A DNA stretch of 64,000 nucleotides, taken from NCBI GenBank assembly GCA_965208105.1, contig OZ242318.1, forward strand, positions 4,256,001-4,320,000. The letters are read 5' to 3'. The notes below the pieces were generated by a model. The model was not told the origin of the DNA. It did not search any database and saw only the letters and a program-made list of their open reading frames with translations. Below, piece after piece: positions 48,397-57,797 of this stretch; position 1 is the first letter of the stretch, and each line of letters begins with the position of its first letter. The position numbers were made by a program, and so were the translations under genes. Origin of the DNA: Candidatus Latescibacterota bacterium. GTDB lineage: Bacteria; Latescibacterota; UBA2968; UBA8231.

Positions 48397-49281
48397 GTGT
48401 CTGAATCAACTTACCGCAAAGCTCCGCCTGGCTTTACGAAAGAACAATGGGAGCAGTTCGATCGAGAAGGTTTACTGGTCATCGAAGACGCTCTGACGCA
48501 AGACGAGATTGATTGTTACTTGAGTGCGATTGACGAACTTATCGCCTCGGACTCGAACTACGAAGAAGGAGAATTCTATGGTCCGGACAATTTGGTGACA
48601 AAAGATCCCCTCTTCGCGGATTTAATCGATCACCCCCGCCATGTCGGTTATGGCTACGACGTCTACGGAGAATTGCTCAAGCTGCACATCTCTCAGGCCT
48701 TTGTTCGCCCACGCTGCCCTTCACCCCACGTATGGCATCCAGATGGGGCACGCGCTTTGCCTTACGGCGTGTTTTCGCCCAGACTACCGCTGCAAATCAA
48801 GGTCGGGTACTGGCTTACCGATCTGCCGCATGCAAAGATGGGGAATTTTGTATGTATGCCGGGCAGCCATCGCAGTCAGTATTTCGAAGAGTATGCAAAA
48901 CATACAAGCATGCCGGGCGAGAAGATTCTCTGCTGCCCCAAAGGAACGATGACGATCATGCACTGCGGGCTCTGGCACCGCGTTGAACCCAATGAGAGCG
49001 ATGTGGTGCGCAAGAATATCTTCATCGCTTATTGTCCGTCCTGGCTCTGCGAGGGGGACCGGCTTGAGAGCGACCCGGATTGGTTGAAAACATTGAACCG
49101 GGAGCAGCGCATTATCATGCGCAGCTACAATCACGGCTATGTTCGCTCCAAGCCGCCAAAGGAGGATTTTCCGCTGTTTTTGGATCGAAATACTGGACAG
49201 GCTTCGGATCCGGGATATTCCGACGATGTTCCGCCTAACTGGCGGAAGCGAAAAGTCGTGGTTGAACAGTGGGGATATTGA
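48397..49281 (+). CDS. Phytanoyl-CoA dioxygenase (PhyH) family Fe/2OG oxygenase
   Basis: QWEQFDREGLLVIEDAL, WHPDG, PGSH, GLWHRVEPNESDVVR; start re-called at GTG 48397. Confidence 0.88.
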   Translation: MSESTYRKAPPGFTKEQWEQFDREGLLVIEDALTQDEIDCYLSAIDELIASDSNYEEGEFYGPDNLVTKDPLFADLIDHPRHVGYGYDVYGELLKLHISQAFVRPRCPSPHVWHPDGARALPYGVFSPRLPLQIKVGYWLTDLPHAKMGNFVCMPGSHRSQYFEEYAKHTSMPGEKILCCPKGTMTIMHCGLWHRVEPNESDVVRKNIFIAYCPSWLCEGDRLESDPDWLKTLNREQRIIMRSYNHGYVRSKPPKEDFPLFLDRNTGQASDPGYSDDVPPNWRKRKVVVEQWGY

Positions 49282-49297
49282 CCCCGGCCTGAGTTTG

Positions 49298-51964
49298 ATG
49301 CTTAAACCCGTTGCCAAAAACGCGCTCGTCGCCGCTTGGGTTGCGGCTGCAGAGGTCGGCGCAGCCCCCCTGCAAGATGTCGTCCCCCGAAGCGGGCACA
49401 TCCACGCCCTGACCATCTTTGCGCACTTTGCCGATGAGCGCGGCTTGGGTCGCGAAGTTCCGTCTTTTGCCGCCGAGATCTTCGCCGAGCAGCCGGGCAG
49501 CCTGACCCACTTCTACCGCGAGATGTCGCGCGGGCAGTTTGCTCTCACCGGCGAGGTGTTGCCCCGCTGGTACGCGTCCTCCAGCAATGCCGAGGTGTAC
49601 GCAGATGCAGAAGGCGGTTATGGTCGCTTTGCCCGCGAGATCATCCAGGCCGTTGATGCCGACGTGGACTTTAGCCGCTACGACAACGATGGCCCCGATG
49701 GAGTTCCCAACTCCGGCGACGACGATGGATACGTGGATTTTATTTTTCTTATTTCGGCCTCGAGCCCAACGGGCTTTATCGTCGAAGAGGCCACAGGCGT
49801 CGCCCATCTCGGGATGGACAAAGACTTCGTAAGCCAGGACCGCGCTCTCCGCGACGGCTTCATCCGGGTCAGCTCGGACAACGGTACTGTCCAGCGCGGG
49901 CGGTCTTTTGCCGAGGCCGTAGGCAGTATGGCACACGAGTTTGGGCACTTCCTGGGCCTGCCCGACCTGTACGACCGCGACTTTGAATCCGGTCCGGACG
50001 ACGACTCGGGCGGCATCGGCTATTGGGGGTTGATGGGGCACGGCAATCGAGGCTGGGGCGAGGTAGATGGCCCCAATCCCTTTTGCGCGTGGAGCCTGGG
50101 GCAACTCGGCTGGCTGGGGGAAAACAACCAACAGCTCGAGGTGCTGAGCGAGGACCGGAATGACGTGGTTTTTACCGATGTCAGTGCCGGCGGTGCCGTG
50201 TACTTATTGCCCGCGCCTGCGCCCGCCGAGCACTTTTTTCTCGTGGAGTTCCGCAGCCGCCAACACAGCTACTACGAGCGCAATCTGCCCGACGAGGGCT
50301 TGCTGATCTGGCGCATAAATCCCACTCGCATCGGCAATAATATGGAAGCCGTCAAACAGGTGGACTTGGTGTGTGCCGATGGGCTTTTTGGGGACGCGGG
50401 TTTTCCCCTGGGCCGCAAGGCATCCCCGTTTAGCGGCCGCGACAATCTCGACTTTTGGGCGCACGACACGCGCTATCGCACGGATTTCGGCGGCAACCTC
50501 GGGGATGCCACCGATGTGTTTGACGGCGAGCAATTTACCGACTTCTGGGCTGCGTCCAACCCGGCGTCCACGACGGGGATCAGCGTGACTGGCATCCGCC
50601 GCGAGGGCGACCAGATGGTGGCCAATCTCAAGCTGCAAGACCGTCGTCGCGCCGGCCCCATCGCCGACATGGAAATCTGGAGCGACCGCATTGAGGTTGT
50701 CGGCGACGTGACCGTCCTGCCCGGAGGGCATCTCGATGTCCGCGCCGGTACGCAGGTGCAGGTGGGGTCGGACGCGCTGGCTACGGGTGCGGATACGGCG
50801 CGCGTGGAACTGATTGTGTACGGCGGTCTCTTCGTCGGCGTTTCGGGGCAGGGACAAACCGCCTTCCACTCGGCCGCAGCCGATCCGCAGCCCGGAGATT
50901 GGCATGGCATCGTGCTGCACCCAACAGCCTCGGTCTATTTGCGCAGCGTCCTCATCGACCATTCCCACTATGGCCTATGGTCCAGGGAAATCGACCACGC
51001 CATTACCTTGGAAGATGTGACAATCCGCCGCGTCAGTGCGGACGGCATTCGCCTGGAAAGGGTCGAAGAGGAGGTTCTCTTTGATCGCGTGCAGGTCGAG
51101 GAAGTGGGTGGAGTGGGCATTTGGATCGCTGGCCCGGGTTTGACGCGGATAAATCGAGCCGAACTGAGCGCCAATGGCCGCGCTGGCCTCTGGCGCGAGG
51201 GTGGGTTTTTGTCGTTGCTCGACAGCCGCTTCAACGACAACGGCTCGGCTGCGCCCGAGGAGGCCAACTTGGTCTTGGGGTGGGCGACCAGCGGCAAGAT
51301 AGCGGGCAATTCGCTTACCGGTGGGATCGGGATTTACTGCGTGGAGACGCGAGAAGCCGAGATCGAGGGAAACGAGCTGTACAATCACGAAGTTGGCCTC
51401 TGGACTAGAAGCGCGCGTCCGCGCATTGTGCGCAATCAATTCTTCCGCAATGCGTTGGCCCTGCGGATAGAGGGGAGCGAGGTGCCGGCACAGCTGGTCT
51501 TGAACGGCGTCCAAGAGGGTGAGCAACTGGTCGATAATCAAGCTAATCAACCGTTGCAGGCGATCAACAACTGGTGGGGAAACGAGAACGAAGATTGGAT
51601 CGAGTCCCGGATCAGCGGCGATGTCAACTGGCGGCCCTTCCTCAACTTCGACCCGCGCACGCCCTTGGACTTTGCCTTGGGACAGAATTATCCCAACCCG
51701 TTCAACGAGGGTACGCAGATCGACTATCAGATCGGGATCAACGACCCCATTGTCGCCGGCGAGACCAGGGTCGAGTTGGAAGTCCGCACCTTGACCGGTG
51801 GTTTGGTGCGGCACCTGGTTGAGGGGTTGGCGGCTCCGGGGTTGTACAGCGCCTCTTGGGATGGCCGCGACGAGCGGGGCGAGCGCGTGGCCAGTGGCAT
51901 GTATTGCTATGTGTTGCGCGTCGGGCCGATCGCCCACGCCAAAAAAATGGTTTTTATAAAATGA
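49298..51964 (+). CDS. Secreted M6 (immune inhibitor A-like) metalloprotease with beta-helix and FlgD/T9SS-type CTD
   Basis: DFSRYDNDG, AHEFGHFLGLPDLYD, WGLMG; parallel beta-helix repeats; NNWWG; YPNPFN..ASGMYCY. Confidence 0.85.
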   Translation: MLKPVAKNALVAAWVAAAEVGAAPLQDVVPRSGHIHALTIFAHFADERGLGREVPSFAAEIFAEQPGSLTHFYREMSRGQFALTGEVLPRWYASSSNAEVYADAEGGYGRFAREIIQAVDADVDFSRYDNDGPDGVPNSGDDDGYVDFIFLISASSPTGFIVEEATGVAHLGMDKDFVSQDRALRDGFIRVSSDNGTVQRGRSFAEAVGSMAHEFGHFLGLPDLYDRDFESGPDDDSGGIGYWGLMGHGNRGWGEVDGPNPFCAWSLGQLGWLGENNQQLEVLSEDRNDVVFTDVSAGGAVYLLPAPAPAEHFFLVEFRSRQHSYYERNLPDEGLLIWRINPTRIGNNMEAVKQVDLVCADGLFGDAGFPLGRKASPFSGRDNLDFWAHDTRYRTDFGGNLGDATDVFDGEQFTDFWAASNPASTTGISVTGIRREGDQMVANLKLQDRRRAGPIADMEIWSDRIEVVGDVTVLPGGHLDVRAGTQVQVGSDALATGADTARVELIVYGGLFVGVSGQGQTAFHSAAADPQPGDWHGIVLHPTASVYLRSVLIDHSHYGLWSREIDHAITLEDVTIRRVSADGIRLERVEEEVLFDRVQVEEVGGVGIWIAGPGLTRINRAELSANGRAGLWREGGFLSLLDSRFNDNGSAAPEEANLVLGWATSGKIAGNSLTGGIGIYCVETREAEIEGNELYNHEVGLWTRSARPRIVRNQFFRNALALRIEGSEVPAQLVLNGVQEGEQLVDNQANQPLQAINNWWGNENEDWIESRISGDVNWRPFLNFDPRTPLDFALGQNYPNPFNEGTQIDYQIGINDPIVAGETRVELEVRTLTGGLVRHLVEGLAAPGLYSASWDGRDERGERVASGMYCYVLRVGPIAHAKKMVFIK

Positions 51965-52080
51965 AAATCGAGGCGGATTATCTCGTTCTCGGCAGCGGCA
52001 TTGCCGCGGTCGTGGATGCGGCCGATTCGGTTGCGAGCCACGCGCGGGATACGCTTGCAGCCGGCTGGGAATCATCGTGA
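51961..52080 (+). pseudogene. nadB: Internally deleted 5' remnant of L-aspartate oxidase
   Basis: MKIEADYLVLGSGIA|AVVDAADSVASHARDTLAAG joins two NadB motifs (GSGxAG and GGIAAV..DS..H..DTL.AG). Confidence 0.7.
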
Positions 52081-55000
52081 AACCGAAACAGAAATTGCTG
52101 CAATCGGGTGCCAGGCCTGGTACGACGATATGGACACTGGGGGCAGCGGTGATCCTTTGCTGGTTGTCGATGTCCCATGCCGAGCCGCTGCCGCTCTTCA
52201 TCGATGCCAATCACGGCGACGGCGACGCGCGCGAGGCAAAAGCCAGACAACCGCTATGGTTCGATGCGGGGGATCCCGCGTGGCAACCGCAGATACCGCC
52301 GCGCGGGGAAGGAAGCGGCGAAACGACGGTTCGAGTGAATTTCCCGGTAGCCGGACGTCGATTGCCCGTTCGCTTCGGCATACCCCTCGGCCAGGTGCCG
52401 TCGGCGCGCAATGTCGCCCTGTTCGATGAATCTGGCCGGGAGGTTCCCGCCGACGTCTTCCCCCTGGTGAATTTCGATACCTCACCGTTGCATTGGGTGC
52501 TGATCGCTACCGTGCTCGATGCGCCCGCTGCGGGGGAGTCGACTCTCTCGATTCGCTGGGGCCCCGGTGTGGAGCGGTCCGACCCCCAACGCTCTCTCAC
52601 GACCGTCGAATCTGCTACCGAGGTGTTTTTCTCGGGAGGCAGCGTAGATTTCACTTTGTCGGCTACCGGGCTCGTATCCAACGTGCGGGTGGGAGAAGAA
52701 CTCTTCGCTCCGAGTGGGGGGAAGGTGGGATTCGACATCAAAGCAGGGCAGAGCTCGCGATCGGCAGGGCCCGGAACTTATCGCCACATGGAGGACAGTA
52801 CCGTCATCGAAAAGCTCTTTGACGGTCCGTTCTACAAGCGCTACCGCGTCTCATCCGCATTCTTTCACAGCGACGCTCTCAATCGCCCCTTCCGTCTCCA
52901 TTTCGAGGTGGAAACCTGGGCCGACAGTCCCTACCTCGTGATCCATTCGCGCTTCATCAACGAAACCTTCAAAGAGATCATGAGCGACCTGGTTCTGTTT
53001 GCTTTCGAACCGGATGGGGGCGAATACGCGGCGGTGGTGTCGGGGGTGGGCGATGCGGAATTCTCTGGTGGGGCTGAGATGTCAGCGCGCCAACGACGCA
53101 ATGAGTGGGTCGTTCGTGCAGATGACACCGACCTGGCGACCGGTTTCGAAAACGATCTCGGGGAATGGGCGCGCATTTCTCGAGGTGGAGAGGCGGTCAC
53201 TTTGGTTGTGCCCGATTTCCAGGGCTTTGGCCCGGCGGAACCGGATCTAGAATCGGTGTTGAGCGCCACCGCTGACGGCGGCCTGGAACTGCGGCACTAC
53301 CGCCCCCTCGAAGGAGCACCGACTACCGACACCGGGGGAACAATCACCTTCTGGAATTCGGCGGCGCGCACCTTCCGCATGGCATTGCACGCCGGCCCTG
53401 ATTCGCTAACCGGGGCGGTAGTGGCTGTTCCGATACGAGAACCTCCATCGATTGTGTACGATCGAGACTTTCTAACCTCGCAGGGCACCTTTGTCGAAGA
53501 CCGCGTCACTTCGATCTACGACGAGGTCAGCCTCGAGGGCACGCGTTATTTCGACCGCGCGCGGGCGGTGCGTCAGGATTACCCTCGATTGGGACGGGGA
53601 ATGCCGCCGCAGAAGGGGGAAGGTTTCGAGAAGCCATACACCAACACCGGCGGCATGTTGTTTGGCGAGGTCTGGCAATACATGGAACCGAACGGCGCCT
53701 GGAACAAGACCTGGATTCGAAAACAAAAAAGCGAAGGAAATCTACCCGGCTGGTATGAGCCGGTACACCTCGAAGGGTTCGCCACCTATCGCGTGGGGGA
53801 CCATGCCATGGCGATGGCGATCAGCTATCTGCGCCGTGGCGACCGCCAGGTCTTCGACATCTTCCGCGACCACGCCATGCTCTACGCCGACTGGGCCGTA
53901 TCGCATCCCACCGGCAGTGTTCACTATTACGCTGACTGGACGGGCAAATCGCAGGTCTACGTGCGGTTGGCGGGACCAATCATCGCCTACCTTGTAGATG
54001 GAGATCCCTGGCTGCTGGAGACCGCCGAGCAGATGGGCGCCAACCTAACGCGGCGGTGGAACGGCGACAATCCGTCGGATCGGGAATCGCGTTCCGCCTA
54101 TCCCGCTCGTGGGTTGACCTGGCTCTACGAAGTGACCGGTCATCGGGGATATTGGAACGAGGCGGTCGACCGGGTTCTGTGGTTCCTCGACGGAGCGCTC
54201 ACCCCCGGTGGCCAGGTTCGCGGGGTCATCAAAGACGATGGCCGCCTGAGCATGCTGTATGCCGGTTATTCCCTGGTCGGGTTGAGCAATGTACACGAAA
54301 GGACGGGAAACGAATCCCTGTTGGCCGCTATGAAGAAAGTGGGCGACTGGCTCATTCGCGTTCAAGGCAAGTACGACGGGTCCTTCAGCGTCAACACCGG
54401 CACCTGGGCTGCGGACGAAAAGCGGGGTTCCCGATCGATGGTAGGTCCAGGGAATGTGGGAACGACCACCTTGTGCGCCGAAGTCCAGACCTACCTGGCA
54501 CAGGTGACAGGTGAGCAGCAGTATTTCTACAGCGGGGCCGCCGCCTGGGCGAACATGGTGACCTCCAGCCGCCACAATTGGATCAAAGGGGGGCTGCCGA
54601 TGCAGACGGAGAACCGCTGGCGAACTGGCACCTGGTCGGACAAGCTGGCGCCGTATTTACACCGGATGCCGGCCCTCGCGGAGAAAAAAGGGTGGCCTTT
54701 TGTGGTGGAAGGCGTCTTCGACCCAGACGCCAAGGAAGGGAAAACGGTTGTTGTCTTCGTTGGTGCCGAGGGACATTTCGAAAACAGGGCCTTGATACAG
54801 CCGATGTTCACTGGGAACAAGGTGCCGGTACAGATTCCGTTGTGGTCGCCGAGCCAGCCGACGAGAGCGACCTACAACGAAAAGGAGATCGAGATCTCGT
54901 CGGGGATCAAAAGAGGAATCTCACTTCTCACTCTGCCCGGAAACGCTCCGCCAGGTATTTTACGGGTCGACTTCGGGCCTGCCGTCCCCACATCAGTGGA

Positions 55001-55298
55001 AGCCCCGGCGGCTCGCCCATTGCGATCGACGCTGGAGCAGAGCTACCCCAACCCATTCAACAGCGGTACGCTCATCCCGTATTCCGTTCATGAGCCCACC
55101 GAGATCGAGCTCGCCGTCTACAATCTCTCCGGTCAGAAGCTGATCGCGCTCCGACGCGGACCGTCCCAACCGGGACGGCACATCGTCCCCTGGGATGGGC
55201 GCGACGAGGCCGGAAACCAGCTGGCCAGCGGGGTCTACCTGTACCGGTTGCGAGTCGGCGATTGGGAACGCGTGCGCAAGCTTCTTCTCCTGCGCTAG
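52077..55298 (+). CDS. Secreted polysaccharide-lyase/glycoside-hydrolase-like protein (PL26/YetA-like N-terminus, alpha/alpha toroid) with FlgD/T9SS-type CTD
   Basis: VRFGIPLG..LFDESGREVP..W; LTWLYEVTG, LAQVTGEQQY helical repeats; YPNPFN..ASGVYLYRL. Confidence 0.65.
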   Translation: MKPKQKLLQSGARPGTTIWTLGAAVILCWLSMSHAEPLPLFIDANHGDGDAREAKARQPLWFDAGDPAWQPQIPPRGEGSGETTVRVNFPVAGRRLPVRFGIPLGQVPSARNVALFDESGREVPADVFPLVNFDTSPLHWVLIATVLDAPAAGESTLSIRWGPGVERSDPQRSLTTVESATEVFFSGGSVDFTLSATGLVSNVRVGEELFAPSGGKVGFDIKAGQSSRSAGPGTYRHMEDSTVIEKLFDGPFYKRYRVSSAFFHSDALNRPFRLHFEVETWADSPYLVIHSRFINETFKEIMSDLVLFAFEPDGGEYAAVVSGVGDAEFSGGAEMSARQRRNEWVVRADDTDLATGFENDLGEWARISRGGEAVTLVVPDFQGFGPAEPDLESVLSATADGGLELRHYRPLEGAPTTDTGGTITFWNSAARTFRMALHAGPDSLTGAVVAVPIREPPSIVYDRDFLTSQGTFVEDRVTSIYDEVSLEGTRYFDRARAVRQDYPRLGRGMPPQKGEGFEKPYTNTGGMLFGEVWQYMEPNGAWNKTWIRKQKSEGNLPGWYEPVHLEGFATYRVGDHAMAMAISYLRRGDRQVFDIFRDHAMLYADWAVSHPTGSVHYYADWTGKSQVYVRLAGPIIAYLVDGDPWLLETAEQMGANLTRRWNGDNPSDRESRSAYPARGLTWLYEVTGHRGYWNEAVDRVLWFLDGALTPGGQVRGVIKDDGRLSMLYAGYSLVGLSNVHERTGNESLLAAMKKVGDWLIRVQGKYDGSFSVNTGTWAADEKRGSRSMVGPGNVGTTTLCAEVQTYLAQVTGEQQYFYSGAAAWANMVTSSRHNWIKGGLPMQTENRWRTGTWSDKLAPYLHRMPALAEKKGWPFVVEGVFDPDAKEGKTVVVFVGAEGHFENRALIQPMFTGNKVPVQIPLWSPSQPTRATYNEKEIEISSGIKRGISLLTLPGNAPPGILRVDFGPAVPTSVEAPAARPLRSTLEQSYPNPFNSGTLIPYSVHEPTEIELAVYNLSGQKLIALRRGPSQPGRHIVPWDGRDEAGNQLASGVYLYRLRVGDWERVRKLLLLR

Positions 55299-55393
55299 CC
55301 ACACCAATCGCCAGGCATAGCAGAACGACCATGCTCACCGCTTGACGCCTCCAACGGACAGTCTCAGACATCTCAAGAATGGAGATCCATACA

Positions 55394-56692
55394 ATGGCGG
55401 TAAGTTCCACCGACCGGCCTAACGTCGACTATGCACAGAATCAGGCTCGACTCCTTCAGAAAGCTGTTGCGGAGGCAGATCCGAAGGCCATCGCCCGCGT
55501 CCGGGCAAACATTACTCAACGACCCAACACATCGGATGAAGACATTGCCACCTGCGATCTTACCGACTGGGAGGCCCTGCGCATCGTCGCCAGAGAGCAC
55601 GGCTTTGCCGAGTGGTTCGCCCTCGCACGTCACGTCGGAGAGGGCAAGGATCTCCCACCGGAGGGCACTCTTGCTTCACTGGTTCAGGCGGTGGAGGAGC
55701 CTGATCCCTCAACCGTCCAAGCGGTTCTTGCCGAGTATCCTCACCTGGTTCACGCCAGGCTCTATTCCGAACACGACACCGGCGACACTATCTTGCATCG
55801 GGCCGACCCGGGACTCAGGCTCCCAAAGAACGACCAAGGCTGGTCGCTCGATGATGGGACTACTGATGCTCATCTCGAGGTGGCCGGCATCCTTATCGAC
55901 TACGGGGCTGACGTTAACGCCACCGGAGGTTCCGACAACACGGCCGGCGAAACCCCAATCGGCGCTGCTGGATGGGCTGGCAACCTACGCATGTGCCAAC
56001 TACTTTTGGAACGGGGTGCGGACCCAAATCACGTAAGTGACTGGGGGTTCGACGCTCTCGGCACGATTACCGACCACAAGAATGCCGACATCTTCAAGGC
56101 AATAGTCGCCGCGGGAGCACGGTACGAGCCCCGACACTTACTTCAATGCAACATGAAGGACCAACTCGTCGAGGTCTTGGATCGCGAACCCGAGCGGGTG
56201 GAAGAACTCATCGACTTGGGCCACTTCGACGGAGAGAACGGCACTCTCATCCACGTCGCCGTTGAGGAGGGGCTGGAGGAGATGGTCGCCTTGCTTCTCG
56301 ATCGCGGCGCTGACGTGCAAGCCCTTGACAACCGCGGACGCACTCCCCTTCACCGCGCGCTGAACCCCGGCCACGCCAAACGTTCCGAAAAGGTCATCAA
56401 CATGCTCATAAGCTACGGGGCTCAGATCGACATAAGAGCGGCCATCGGGATTGGAGACGTTGCCGGAGTTTCGCAACTGCTCGACGAGGACCCGAGCATT
56501 ATCACGACACGCGGAGTGGGCGGTATGACACTGCTGCATTTTGCCGCCGAATACAACCAGCCGGAGCTGGCGAGCATGCTGCTCGAGAGAGGCGCTGTGG
56601 CGGACATCGTCTCCGACGCGGGCGACATTCCTTTCGATCTTGCCTCAAGGAGGGGCCATCATGTGGTGGCCGAAATCTTGCGGGTCGGGTAG
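55394..56692 (+). CDS. Ankyrin-repeat protein
   Basis: N-terminal IVAREHGFAEW motif; GETPI..LLERGADPN, GRTPLH, TLLHFAAEY..LLERGA. Confidence 0.9.
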   Translation: MAVSSTDRPNVDYAQNQARLLQKAVAEADPKAIARVRANITQRPNTSDEDIATCDLTDWEALRIVAREHGFAEWFALARHVGEGKDLPPEGTLASLVQAVEEPDPSTVQAVLAEYPHLVHARLYSEHDTGDTILHRADPGLRLPKNDQGWSLDDGTTDAHLEVAGILIDYGADVNATGGSDNTAGETPIGAAGWAGNLRMCQLLLERGADPNHVSDWGFDALGTITDHKNADIFKAIVAAGARYEPRHLLQCNMKDQLVEVLDREPERVEELIDLGHFDGENGTLIHVAVEEGLEEMVALLLDRGADVQALDNRGRTPLHRALNPGHAKRSEKVINMLISYGAQIDIRAAIGIGDVAGVSQLLDEDPSIITTRGVGGMTLLHFAAEYNQPELASMLLERGAVADIVSDAGDIPFDLASRRGHHVVAEILRVG

Positions 56693-56872
56693 GTTTCTCC
56701 CTTCGGGGCTAGCACGCCGGTCGAATGCGGATAGGGAAAATAAATGGCATTGTCGCTAACAGCGGCAAGGTAGGCGAGTTTGTGGGGTCGCTTGGCGGGC
56801 GTGCGGCCGGCGACTCAGGAAACGCGTCAAAGCGGCGCAGTACTTGAACCTCTGGCAAGGAGATAATAGACA

Positions 56873-57637
56873 ATGGCTAAATACCTAGAACCCCGACGGC
56901 ACTTGGAGTTGGAAGGAGCCTATAACATCCGAGATATAGGTGGTTACGCCACTTCAGATGGACGACGCACACGTTGGAAAACGTTTCTACGCGCCGACAA
57001 CCTCAACAATCTGACACCCGGCTCTCAGGCTGCTCTCATCGAATACGGGGTGCGCACGGTCATTGATCTCAGATCCACCGCGGGCATCCAGAAAGAGCCA
57101 AATGTCTTCGCAAACTCATCTGTCGTTACCTACTACAACCACAATATGAATGGAGACGAGCCGCTTCCTGACATGCCAGAGTTCCCCGAATTTACGGTAC
57201 CGCCAGATGCTTCCATGAAGTCCTACGCCAAGGTATTAAGGCACAGGCGGCCTCAACTGATTGAGACCCTGGCGACGCTGGCATCCCCTGGTGTGCTGCC
57301 TGCGTTGGTCCACTGCTGGGCGGGGATGGGGCGCACCGGTGTGATAACCGCTCTGGTACTTGGGTTGGCAGGTGTGCCAGCGGAGGTCATAGCCGAAGAT
57401 TTTGCGTTGAGTGCCTGCTTCTTCGTGAACCGCGATTCGGCAGGGCTCCCGCCTCCACCTGGCGTAACTCCTCGTGAGACCCTAGAGGAGTATCGGCAAC
57501 ACCATTGCCCTCCCGAGGGTATGTTCGAACTGCTTCAGCACTTTGAAGAACGATACGGTGGAGTAGAGGCGTACGCATTGGGTGGGGGCCTCACCCAAGA
57601 GCGAGTAGACATGCTGCGCAGTGCCTTGATTGAATAG
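56873..57637 (+). CDS. Tyrosine-protein phosphatase (IphP/Y_phosphatase3 family)
   Basis: GAYNIRDIGGY, VIDLRS, VHCWAGMGRTG (CX5R). Confidence 0.9.
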   Translation: MAKYLEPRRHLELEGAYNIRDIGGYATSDGRRTRWKTFLRADNLNNLTPGSQAALIEYGVRTVIDLRSTAGIQKEPNVFANSSVVTYYNHNMNGDEPLPDMPEFPEFTVPPDASMKSYAKVLRHRRPQLIETLATLASPGVLPALVHCWAGMGRTGVITALVLGLAGVPAEVIAEDFALSACFFVNRDSAGLPPPPGVTPRETLEEYRQHHCPPEGMFELLQHFEERYGGVEAYALGGGLTQERVDMLRSALIE

Positions 57638-57699
57638 CTCCAACCGCGCTTGCCGACCCGGCGGCGGACGGCGATACGAGCGCTCCGTCCTGCATCCAT

Positions 57700-57741
57700 C
57701 GCCTTGACCGAGAGTCCAAAAAGGACCCATTTTACCTATAC
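57700..57741 (+). mobile_element. IS91/ISCR oriIS-like end 2
   Basis: CGCCTTGACCGAGAGTCCAAAAAGGACCCATTTTACCTATAC, close match to 63588-63630. Confidence 0.75.
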
Positions 57742-57797
57742 TTGGGAGTGCGGATGAGGTTTTTTCCAAGGCAACGCGAACCTGAAAGGAAGGTGCT

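Noticed and set aside
55290-55371. Minus-strand signal-peptide-like stub MSETVRWRRQAVSMVVLLCLAIGVASA
   Set aside because: Could be a junction remnant but cannot be told from chance.
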